Assembly: GCA_944392235.1 (NCBI GenBank) | Contig: CALXVZ010000006.1 | Coordinates: 22,664-86,663 of the forward strand | DNA length: 64,000 nt | Reading direction: 5' to 3' | Source of the DNA: an uncultured Alphaproteobacteria bacterium | GTDB lineage: Bacteria; Pseudomonadota; Alphaproteobacteria; RF32; CAG-239 | Shown here: piece after piece, positions 9,977 to 18,884 of the stretch | Layout: each line of letters starts with the position of its first letter | Numbering within the stretch: position 1 is the stretch's first letter | Notes under the pieces: generated by a model | Told to the model about the DNA's origin: nothing | The model's database searches: none | What the model saw: the letters and a program-made list of their open reading frames with translations, nothing else | Program-made: the position numbers and the translations under genes

Positions 9977-10006
9977 ATATAAGAAAACAGGGGTTTAAAA
10001 CAAACA

Positions 10007-10471
10007 ATGACTGAATTTGTAGAAGAGATAAACTACGACAAACTAATCGAAAAATCACTAAAACAAGTTGTGGTAGAAGCATTGAAGATAGCTGAAGCAC
10101 AGGGATTACCTGGAGAAAATCATTTTTACATCACCTTCAAAACTTCACATCCCGGAACAATCATACCCAAAGAACTACAGATTCAATATCCCGATAGTAT
10201 GACAATTGTCTTGCAACACCAATATTCCAATCTAATTGTTACAGACACTTTTTTCTCTGTAGAATTAAGTTTCGGAGGACACTTAGAAACATTAGTTATT
10301 CCCTTTGAAGCAATAACCTATTTTGCCGATCCCTATGCAAAATTCGGACTAAGTTTTTCTTTCTATGAAAACGGTGACGTTCACAGTTTAGATGACATAG
10401 ATCCTGAAAAGAAAGTATCCGGAGAAAGTGCACAAATTATTTCTTTTGATAGTTTCCGAAAGAAGAATTAA
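10007..10471 (+). CDS. sspB: ClpXP adaptor SspB (alphaproteobacterial type)
   Basis: GLPGENHFYITFKTSHPG, YPDSMTIVLQHQY and LVIPFEAITYFADPYAKFGLSF match the conserved SspB core as remembered from Caulobacter SspB. Acidic tail. Confidence 0.8.
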   Translation: MTEFVEEINYDKLIEKSLKQVVVEALKIAEAQGLPGENHFYITFKTSHPGTIIPKELQIQYPDSMTIVLQHQYSNLIVTDTFFSVELSFGGHLETLVIPFEAITYFADPYAKFGLSFSFYENGDVHSLDDIDPEKKVSGESAQIISFDSFRKKN

Positions 10472-10710
10472 TGAAAAAATATTCAGTTATAATAGCAAAC
10501 AGACACGCCACAAGTATTTCACTTGAAGAAGAATTCTATCAAGAGCTCTGTAATATAGCCGAAGAAGAAGGTATAACCATTAATCAGCTAATAACTCAGA
10601 TAGACTGTAAGAGAGAAACCCAAAATCTTTCCTCTGCACTAAGAATATATATACTAAAAAAACTTTCAGATAAATTAAAAAAATTCGAACAGAACAAACA
10701 ATCCAATTAA
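10471..10710 (+). CDS. Ribbon-helix-helix protein (RHH_4-like, common in Alphaproteobacteria)
   Basis: RHATSISLEEEFYQELCNIAEEEGITINQLITQID...NLSSALRIYIL matches the HRTS(I/V)SLE...NLSSAIR pattern. Its start overlaps the sspB stop (taATGa). Confidence 0.65.
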   Translation: MKKYSVIIANRHATSISLEEEFYQELCNIAEEEGITINQLITQIDCKRETQNLSSALRIYILKKLSDKLKKFEQNKQSN

Positions 10711-11480
10711 AAAAGATCTAAATCATCATCTTCTTCTGTTTCAATATCATTTTCATTTTGCTGAGATTTAGGCTGTTCAACTTTCAATTCTTCATCATTT
10801 TTATCTTTTGGCAAGAAAGAATTATCCAATTGATGAAGTGTAGATAACGGATCCCCTTCATTAACATTTTCCTCGCTTTTTTGTTTTTCCTCACTTTTTT
10901 GTTTTTGTGACGGGGTAGAAAGGATATTTTCCAAACCACCAGATATCAAGTTGCCCTCATCAACACTTAGTAAAGGAATATCAGCATTATTATTTTGCTC
11001 AACCTCTAATAACCCAGCATTTTCTTGCTCTAAAGATTGTTTTTTAAAACCAGATTTTCTCTTTTTTAAATTTTCTTTAGCTTTTTCCATTTCATAATCA
11101 CGATCAACTTTTTCATTATAATTTTCGCTCTTTGGACGTTCCGCCTCAAATTTTTCTTCCTCTAATTTCTTTTTAACCTCTGCTACTTCTTTTTTAATAC
11201 TCTCAGGAATAAATTCAGCTTCACCTTTTTCTACAGCTTTTGACACGAGATCAAACTTAACCTGATCATACATACTTTGATACCAAGAAAGAACATCATT
11301 TAAAGCCACACCTTGCTTCATCGGATAATAAACAATTCCAGCCGTCAAAACTAACAAAACAGACAACAACCATAACGGATGTCTCAAAATAAAAAGCAAC
11401 ACAAAAATAGGAAACGTAACAATGCTCAATAAAACATAAAAGAATTTAAAGATAGCACTTCTCTGTTTATTACCATCCAT
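10707..11480 (-). CDS. Hypothetical membrane-anchored acidic K/E-rich protein
   Basis: Two N-terminal TM helices, then a charged low-complexity tail ending in EEDDDLDLF. Lies 81 nt downstream of the GT-C-like paralog on the same strand. Confidence 0.45.
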   Translation of the reverse strand: MDGNKQRSAIFKFFYVLLSIVTFPIFVLLFILRHPLWLLSVLLVLTAGIVYYPMKQGVALNDVLSWYQSMYDQVKFDLVSKAVEKGEAEFIPESIKKEVAEVKKKLEEEKFEAERPKSENYNEKVDRDYEMEKAKENLKKRKSGFKKQSLEQENAGLLEVEQNNNADIPLLSVDEGNLISGGLENILSTPSQKQKSEEKQKSEENVNEGDPLSTLHQLDNSFLPKDKNDEELKVEQPKSQQNENDIETEEDDDLDLF

Positions 11481-11561
11481 AATATACCGTCTCCTTTAAC
11501 TCAATTTACATTACTCAAATACAATTATCACAAACAAACATAATACAGACAACATAAATAT

Positions 11562-13091
11562 TTATTTAATTTTTTCAACAAAATTCCATTGATCAGTTAT
11601 AGGATTATAAACACAAAGACGTTTATCATAAATAGGTTTTAATATATAAATGGAAGAATACGGGGTCTGTTGATAATAAGTTTCAACAATATCTTGATTG
11701 ATATAGTGAACAATTTCAGGCCGACCACTTTCATCAGAAAATTTATTAAAATAACTTTTTCCATAAATAAATTTAGGCTTGAGCATTAAAATCAATTTAT
11801 TGATATCTGGTTTCGGAGCAATACCTGTTTGCTCTCCAATAACATCAAGTTGTCCGATAAGTTGCCAATAATAAGCAGGATCTTTTCCAAAAATATTATA
11901 CATCATACCATCTCCATTAAACACATAATCACAAGGAGAAATATTGCGAACAATATAATTAGGTAGATATTGTTTATTCAACTGCAAAGTAAGTATATCT
12001 TTATAGAATAAAGTCGCCCTATAAAGCATTAAATATAATATGGAAACAGCTCCCCAAACCACTATTTTATTTTTCTCAAAAATTTTACAAACAAATGGAA
12101 TTCCTACAATAGCAGCCAAATAAACCAACCACCAGAAATAATATGAATAAGGAGAAAAATAAAATTTTCTTTGAATAAATTCAGAAACAAATAAAATAGC
12201 ACAAACCATCCAATATTTATTTTTATAAAAACAAGACGCTATAGTTCCTACAAAACCGACCCACATCAACACTGCCATATATGTAGGAAATTCGACAATT
12301 TTATTCATCTCAAACCCTTTTACAAGATTGAGATTAAATGTAAAATTTGAAACTAAATATAAATTAAAAATATCATAATAGCAAAGATAGCAAACAAATC
12401 CCCCTATCAAAAATAACGGCAAAATAAGAGCCTTAAACATATCACTTGTTTTGATATTTTTTGAAAACCAGAAATAAATACCAGATAACCCTAAAACAAA
12501 AAGCGGAAAAACGGCTTTTTGAGCAAAAAGAAAAGCAATAGTAAACCAAAGAAACGCCACAATTAAAGAAAATGCTTTTTGCTTATTTAAGTATGAAAAA
12601 TAATAATAAATACCTGCCACCAAAGCAAAAACCATATAATTATCAGGTCTAAAATCAACCGCATATAACTTATAGCTAGGAATAGCAACAATAGCTGTTG
12701 CATAGAGAGCCCAAAATTTATCACATAAGAATTCAGCACAAATACGATAAACATAAACTAAGGACTTAAGAAAAACCAAAAACGAAATCAGACAAACAAC
12801 TTCCGAAATAATTGAGTTATAAGCAAATAATCCTACTAAAGGAGCAAATAAGAACCATAACAAAGGATTATGATGTTGAAAAAAATCTCTATAAGGAACA
12901 TTCCCTTGAAAAACTAAGAAACTAGAATGAATATGTTCAATATTATCACCATTTTGAGTAGGAATATGAGCAATCAAAAAAACATAAAAAACAGAAACAA
13001 GAATAAGATCTAGAGCAACAGCGGCAGTAGAAGCTCTCTTAGTTAAGAAGTCCCTTGTAACACACCAATAATGTTTCAATCTAATATTCAT
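11562..13091 (-). CDS. Polytopic membrane protein, putative GT-C-fold glycosyltransferase (ArnT/PMT/DUF2029-like), paralog 2
   Basis: About 11-13 hydrophobic helices plus a C-terminal soluble domain of about 130 aa. First-loop motif GNVPYRDFFQHHNPLLWFL and C-terminal DPAYYWQLIGQLDVIG are shared with the upstream paralog. Its start overlaps that gene by 11 nt. Confidence 0.5.
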   Translation of the reverse strand: MNIRLKHYWCVTRDFLTKRASTAAVALDLILVSVFYVFLIAHIPTQNGDNIEHIHSSFLVFQGNVPYRDFFQHHNPLLWFLFAPLVGLFAYNSIISEVVCLISFLVFLKSLVYVYRICAEFLCDKFWALYATAIVAIPSYKLYAVDFRPDNYMVFALVAGIYYYFSYLNKQKAFSLIVAFLWFTIAFLFAQKAVFPLFVLGLSGIYFWFSKNIKTSDMFKALILPLFLIGGFVCYLCYYDIFNLYLVSNFTFNLNLVKGFEMNKIVEFPTYMAVLMWVGFVGTIASCFYKNKYWMVCAILFVSEFIQRKFYFSPYSYYFWWLVYLAAIVGIPFVCKIFEKNKIVVWGAVSILYLMLYRATLFYKDILTLQLNKQYLPNYIVRNISPCDYVFNGDGMMYNIFGKDPAYYWQLIGQLDVIGEQTGIAPKPDINKLILMLKPKFIYGKSYFNKFSDESGRPEIVHYINQDIVETYYQQTPYSSIYILKPIYDKRLCVYNPITDQWNFVEKIK

Positions 13092-14661
13092 ATCTCCATT
13101 TTCCTAATTTTGCATCAAAATAGCAATTATGTTTTTGATATTCTTTCTTTAACTCATACAATCCCACAGGATAAGGTAACTCCATTTCTTTCATCTCTTT
13201 AAAATCAAAATCAGAATCTCTTGCAAAAAGAGGAGAATAAAAAGTATCAATTAGATTCATATCAAAAGAATAAACCAACTGTTTTTTATTAAAGTAACTA
13301 TATATATCTTCCACCCAAATGTATTTTGGTTTATAATCTCTAATAATTTGATTTAAATCCTGAGGTTCATGAACACCTATTTCCTGCCCAATAAAATCAA
13401 GTCGCCCCAAAATAAACCAATAATACGCAGGATTTCTATTAAACAAAGCAAGATTTCCCCCATTACCGTTCAAAACGGTATCACATGCATTAGAATGGTT
13501 CATAATATATTCATTCATATTCACACTTTTTTTAGAATAAGAAAGATCACTAATCAAATAAAACACCATAAAAGCAGAATATGCCAAAACCTCTAATAAC
13601 ACTAAAACTTTTAACACTTTTATTTTTTGAGAAAGTTTACATAAACCAATAAAAACAATTGGCACCGCAAAGAAAAAAGTTTCATAATAGTAATAGACAT
13701 GAGGAGCAAAATAACAAATTTTTGTAATAAGGCTAACAGCAAAAAACCAACATAATATCTGGAAATATTTACCCAAATTAACATAAAGCAACACTGAAAA
13801 AAGAGTAGCCCCTCCAATAAATATATAGGCTAAATTCCAAGGAAGATTAAAGTCTAACATATAAATTTGAAAGACTTCCACCATTCTCCTATTAAAAAGG
13901 AAATTTAATTTAAAATAAGAATTAAGAGCATTCTCATAAAACAAATAAGCAATAAAAAACAGACCAGATAAAAAGGGTAGAGCTATTGCCCAAACAATAT
14001 CGCTCCATGACATCTGCCTTTTCATCAACATATAAAAAGAAATAAGAGCAACAATAGGGAAATAAAACAAAGCTTTTTGTGTAAACAAAAACGCACACCA
14101 AAACGCCAAATATGAATAAACCAAATAAGATTTTTTCTTATCTCGCAAATAAGAAAAGAAATAATAAATACCGATAGCCAAACATGTAAACATATAATTA
14201 TCGGGCTTAAAATAAGTATAATACAGAAAGACATTTGGCAATAATAAAATAATCACAGAAAATAAAGCAGCTGTTCGATCTGCTAAAAACTCCGAAATTA
14301 TCTTATAAACAAAGAAGAGTCCCAAAACAAAAAAAAGAAATGTAAGATACCCCATCATTCCAATAACAATAATATTACGCCCAACAGCATCAATCAAGGG
14401 TGCCATTAAAAACCATAATAAAGGATGATGATGTTCAAAAAAATCTCTATAAGGAACATCCCCTTGTGCAACCATATAGCTAGCATAAATATGTTCTTGA
14501 ATATCTCCTTCTGGCCAAAAGAAATAAAACGAAGCAGCCGCAATCAAAAACAAGATAGCAAGTAAAACTAAAAACAACAAAGTATCAGGCTTAAATAAAG
14601 TTTTAAGCCCGATACTTTTCTCTAATATCCTAACTTGACACTTTTTAAGATCTAGCGCCAT
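13081..14661 (-). CDS. Polytopic membrane protein, putative GT-C-fold glycosyltransferase, paralog 1
   Basis: Same architecture. Motifs GDVPYRDFFEHHHPLLWFL and NPAYYWFILGRLDFIG. Its start overlaps the malQ stop by 10 nt. Confidence 0.5.
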   Translation of the reverse strand: MALDLKKCQVRILEKSIGLKTLFKPDTLLFLVLLAILFLIAAASFYFFWPEGDIQEHIYASYMVAQGDVPYRDFFEHHHPLLWFLMAPLIDAVGRNIIVIGMMGYLTFLFFVLGLFFVYKIISEFLADRTAALFSVIILLLPNVFLYYTYFKPDNYMFTCLAIGIYYFFSYLRDKKKSYLVYSYLAFWCAFLFTQKALFYFPIVALISFYMLMKRQMSWSDIVWAIALPFLSGLFFIAYLFYENALNSYFKLNFLFNRRMVEVFQIYMLDFNLPWNLAYIFIGGATLFSVLLYVNLGKYFQILCWFFAVSLITKICYFAPHVYYYYETFFFAVPIVFIGLCKLSQKIKVLKVLVLLEVLAYSAFMVFYLISDLSYSKKSVNMNEYIMNHSNACDTVLNGNGGNLALFNRNPAYYWFILGRLDFIGQEIGVHEPQDLNQIIRDYKPKYIWVEDIYSYFNKKQLVYSFDMNLIDTFYSPLFARDSDFDFKEMKEMELPYPVGLYELKKEYQKHNCYFDAKLGKWRYEY

Positions 14662-16778
14662 TTTTTTACAGCTTTCAAATTACGCTGATAAGCCTCACTT
14701 GCTGCCATATCTTCAATATCAACAGGTAACTTTGTTCTCCAATTAGGATATTTATCAACATCTGTTCCCGGAAGGTTTTGAATTTTCATAGACTGAAAAA
14801 TATCTTCAGGTTGCAACAAAAGCACTTCACTTTTCGTTTTAGCCATATAGGAATGCACTGCTTCCTCTATACCTTCCGGATAACCTTCCCCAAATAAATA
14901 ATCACCTTTTCTAGGCTTATCCTGAGGCCAAACCCCTTCTCTATCCATTGCATTCAGCAGCAACCATCGTTCATGTTCACGCCATTTAAAATTATTATAT
15001 GTATCTTCTTGAGAAACCATTTTTAAATCACGCATAAGAGAGAGTTCTGAGCCAAACCACCAAGCTTTAAGAGGAGGCATATCATGAGTTCCGGCAGATG
15101 CAAAATACTTTTCTTCATATTCATCGGGAGCACAAAAATCCCCATCATTTTTACGACATTCTTTAAAGACACCTAAAGAATACATATTACGTTCTTTTAA
15201 CAGATTAACAAATCCCTCTGCAACATTTCCTATACATTCACCAACGACAACACATTTATTCAAGCAACTTTCAAGAGCAACAATATTAAGCATATCTTGA
15301 ACATTATAAGCTAAATAAGTTCCATCTTTACCTTGATCAGGAATAAGAAACAATCTAGACAATCCCATAACATGATCAATACGAATAGCACCTGCATAAC
15401 GCATATTAGCCCTTAAGATTTGGATAAAAGGTTTATAACAGCGTTCTTTAAGTTCAAAAGGATTAAAAGCACCCAAACCCCATTTTTGACCTGTAGGGAA
15501 ATTACTATCAGGCGGAGCCCCTGCACCGCTTTCCTGCATATAAAGATACTTATCACCCCAAACTTCAACACTATCTTTAGAAACACCCACAGGTAAATCT
15601 CTGTAAAGACCAATAATTAAATTTCTTTCTTTAATTTTCTTTTCCACCAAATTCAGTTGCCTATCAGCTTCAAATTGTAAAAATTTAAAGAAATCAATTT
15701 CATCAGAAAACTCTTCAACAAATTTACCAATAGCCGAATTCACAGAAGAATCCAACATAGGATTATATTTTCCCCAATCACCTGTTATAGCTCTCTGATG
15801 ATAAATAGATTGATAAACAGCCAATTTATTCAATTCTTCGGCATTAATTTTTTTAAATTTTTGAAATTCTTTATAATAACTATCCTGAGGATGCGTCATA
15901 AGTCTATCATAAATTTTCTGAAGAGCTTGTATTTTAGCATTATAAACAGCCGTATAGTCAATAATATCTCTATTACGCGCATTATTAACCACATCTAAAT
16001 TTTTATCAGCATCTTCATAAAAAGGAACTTTTTCTACATCAATATAAATAGGGTTCAAGAACAAACGACTAATTGAAGCATAAGGACTAGCGTTTTCAGG
16101 ATAATCATGCAACAACACATTTAAAGGGTTTAAACCAATAACATCACCACCGCTATCAGCCACCAAATCAACCATATTAATTAAATCAGTAAAATCCCCC
16201 ACGCCCCAATTTCTACGACTTTTCAAAGAATACAATTGAACAGTAAAGCCAAATAATTTATTTTTTCCTTTTTTATCTAAATGATAACAATGTCTTGGAG
16301 CAACAGCCAATTTAGTCACATATTCTTTAGAGTCAATTTTAATTTTAATATCATAATATCCAAAATCCAGTTTATTTTTAACTGTAATCAAATAATTTGT
16401 ATATAGTGTTGTAGCATTTTGCCAAGATTGACGTTCAGAAACCATCACATCAAGTAAAGAAAAGGAGTTACTCCCCTCTGGAGCATAGAAGACCTGCAAA
16501 TCATTGGATGAATATTTATTAGACAACACAATATCAAAAAAAACGTTATCTTGTTGAACAACATAAATCGGCTCAAGAGTTTTCAACCATCTACTTTTTT
16601 CAATTCTATCTAAAGAATGTTGAATTTCCTCATCATTTCCCGCTTTATATCCCATACTATTAATAAAGAAGCGCAATAAATCTTCACTAACATAGTTTGT
16701 CGACAAGGACTTAACAACATAAGTAAAACTCGTGCTTATACCTAATTTTTCCGCCAATTTATATAAAAGTTCACTCAT
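14652..16778 (-). CDS. malQ: 4-alpha-glucanotransferase (amylomaltase, GH77), long form
   Basis: GH77 signatures GAIRIDHVMGL, LYRDLPVGV, GAGAPPD and SAGTHDMPP. Length is similar to the long enterobacterial MalQ. Confidence 0.85.
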   Translation of the reverse strand: MSELLYKLAEKLGISTSFTYVVKSLSTNYVSEDLLRFFINSMGYKAGNDEEIQHSLDRIEKSRWLKTLEPIYVVQQDNVFFDIVLSNKYSSNDLQVFYAPEGSNSFSLLDVMVSERQSWQNATTLYTNYLITVKNKLDFGYYDIKIKIDSKEYVTKLAVAPRHCYHLDKKGKNKLFGFTVQLYSLKSRRNWGVGDFTDLINMVDLVADSGGDVIGLNPLNVLLHDYPENASPYASISRLFLNPIYIDVEKVPFYEDADKNLDVVNNARNRDIIDYTAVYNAKIQALQKIYDRLMTHPQDSYYKEFQKFKKINAEELNKLAVYQSIYHQRAITGDWGKYNPMLDSSVNSAIGKFVEEFSDEIDFFKFLQFEADRQLNLVEKKIKERNLIIGLYRDLPVGVSKDSVEVWGDKYLYMQESGAGAPPDSNFPTGQKWGLGAFNPFELKERCYKPFIQILRANMRYAGAIRIDHVMGLSRLFLIPDQGKDGTYLAYNVQDMLNIVALESCLNKCVVVGECIGNVAEGFVNLLKERNMYSLGVFKECRKNDGDFCAPDEYEEKYFASAGTHDMPPLKAWWFGSELSLMRDLKMVSQEDTYNNFKWREHERWLLLNAMDREGVWPQDKPRKGDYLFGEGYPEGIEEAVHSYMAKTKSEVLLLQPEDIFQSMKIQNLPGTDVDKYPNWRTKLPVDIEDMAASEAYQRNLKAVKKWR

Positions 16779-16787
16779 ACCACTCTC

Positions 16788-18863
16788 CTATTTTTTTATT
16801 TCAAAACACAAGACCGACCAAGCCGGCACCCAAATTTCCGCACCTGAAGCCAAACCATCAGCTTCAAATTTAGAAGAACTATCTAATAATAAATTCCATT
16901 TAAAAGATTTTTTAAAATTCGGTAACTTCCATTTCAAATGAGAACTCTGCGCATTAAGAATAACCATAAACAGTTTCTCGCGAGCTGTAACCACATAGGC
17001 CAAAGCCTTTCTGGTTGACTGATACCAATCAGCACTATTAAATTCCACACCTTTTTCTGTAAACCAAGCTAAATCTTTCAGTCCCAATTTAGGATCAATA
17101 ATTTGTCCTGTAAAAAAGTTTTTACGATTAAATATTCCCATCTTACGACGCAAGCGAATAAGATTTTTAACAAAACGCACATTAGCGATATCATCATTAC
17201 TTACAGCATCCCAAACCAAATAGGAAATAATATTATCATGACAATAAGCGTTATTATTACCAAACTGAGTATTTAAGAACTCATCACCTGAACGAATAAT
17301 TGGTGTTCCAAAAGAAAGAAGCAGAGTAGCAATCATCGCTTTGAGTCGAAGTTTTCTATTTTCCAAAACAGCTTTATTATCTGTATCCCCCTCTGCACCC
17401 GAATTATAGCTCCAATTAGCATCAGTTCCATCTCTATTATCTTCGCCATTTGCATAATTATGTTTATGATTATAACTAACCAAATCATATAACGTCATAC
17501 CATCATGAACAGTAAGATAATTAACAGAACTCCAAATAGTTCTCTTGCTTGGCCCAAAAATATCACTAGAGCCCGAAAGACGACTAGCTAATTCACCGAC
17601 TTGACGTTCATCACCTCTCCAAAAACGTCTAACAACATCTCTATACCGATCATTCCACTCCATACTTCCTGGAGGGAAAGCGCCAAGCTGATATCCACCG
17701 ATTCCAACATCCCAAGGTTCTGCCGCAATTTTGACCAATTGAAGCACCTCATCTTGCCGCAAGGACATTAAGAAACCGCTACTCTGATTAAATTCCTGTT
17801 TAACTCTAGCCAAAGAAGAAGCTAAATCAAGACGAAAACCATCGACATGCATTTCTTCAACCATATAACGCATAGAATCCATAACTAGTGTTAAGACATA
17901 CGGATTTTGCAGATTAAAAGAAGCCCCACAACCTGTGCTATCGTAATAATAGCGTTTATTAGTTCCATCAAGAGTATAATAGCTTTCGTTATCAATTCCT
18001 CTATAACAGAGAGTTGGTCCCATATGATTTCCTTCAAGAGTATGGTTATATACCATATCTAAAATTACTTCCAATCCACACTCATGAAATCTTTTAACCA
18101 TTTTCTTAAAGTTATTAATATCGGCACTAACCATATAACTTGGTTCAAGAGCAAAGAAGTTCAGAGTTTCATATCCCCAAAAATTATCTTTCATTCCGAC
18201 ATTACGTTCAGCCATAAATGCATTAACAGGCATAAGTTCAACTGAGGTAACGCCCAACCATTTCAAATAACCACAAACACTCCTACTTGCCAACCCAGAA
18301 AAAGTTCCTCGTTTTGCATCTTGCACTTTAGGATGTAACTTAGTGTATCCTTTAACATGGAGTTCATAAAAAACAGTTTTAGAAGCATCAATTTGAGGAG
18401 GAACATCTCCAGACCAATCAAAATCAGAACTATCAACAACCACAGACTTTGGCACATAAGGTGCACTATCTAGAGTTGAAAAAGATAAATCTTTATCTAA
18501 GCTATCAGGATCATAACCAAAAATAGCCTTATGCCAGATAAGGCGACCAATAATTTTCTTAGCATATGGATCTAATAATAATTTATTATGGTTAAATCTT
18601 TTACCTTTAGCAGGCTCATACGGACCATAAACACGATACCCATAAACCTGCCCAGGTGTAACACCTTCAAGATAAATATGCCAGATATTATTTTCCCGCA
18701 CAGGAAGTTCATAACGAGCTAATTCTTTCACTCCACTTTTATCAAACAAGCAAAGTTCCACTTTAGTAGCTCCCGCAGAGAACAGAGCAAAATTAACTCC
18801 CCACTCATCAGGTGTAGCCCCTAAAGGATAAGCACGACCTTCCCAAACTCTAATATCTGGCAT
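16788..18863 (-). CDS. glgX: Glycogen debranching enzyme GlgX (GH13)
   Basis: N-terminus RVWEGRAYPLGAT..GVNFALFS. GH13 regions DMVYNHT, GFRLDLAS, AEPWD and TVHDGMTLYDL. Confidence 0.85.
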   Translation of the reverse strand: MPDIRVWEGRAYPLGATPDEWGVNFALFSAGATKVELCLFDKSGVKELARYELPVRENNIWHIYLEGVTPGQVYGYRVYGPYEPAKGKRFNHNKLLLDPYAKKIIGRLIWHKAIFGYDPDSLDKDLSFSTLDSAPYVPKSVVVDSSDFDWSGDVPPQIDASKTVFYELHVKGYTKLHPKVQDAKRGTFSGLASRSVCGYLKWLGVTSVELMPVNAFMAERNVGMKDNFWGYETLNFFALEPSYMVSADINNFKKMVKRFHECGLEVILDMVYNHTLEGNHMGPTLCYRGIDNESYYTLDGTNKRYYYDSTGCGASFNLQNPYVLTLVMDSMRYMVEEMHVDGFRLDLASSLARVKQEFNQSSGFLMSLRQDEVLQLVKIAAEPWDVGIGGYQLGAFPPGSMEWNDRYRDVVRRFWRGDERQVGELASRLSGSSDIFGPSKRTIWSSVNYLTVHDGMTLYDLVSYNHKHNYANGEDNRDGTDANWSYNSGAEGDTDNKAVLENRKLRLKAMIATLLLSFGTPIIRSGDEFLNTQFGNNNAYCHDNIISYLVWDAVSNDDIANVRFVKNLIRLRRKMGIFNRKNFFTGQIIDPKLGLKDLAWFTEKGVEFNSADWYQSTRKALAYVVTAREKLFMVILNAQSSHLKWKLPNFKKSFKWNLLLDSSSKFEADGLASGAEIWVPAWSVLCFEIKK

Positions 18864-18884
18864 AATCCCTCACAACCTAATAAA

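Noticed and set aside
9672-10100. Two minus-strand ORFs (73 and 65 aa).
   Set aside because: They overlap the tmRNA gene, its terminator and the sspB 5' end. They exist only because the GC-rich structured RNA lacks stop codons.
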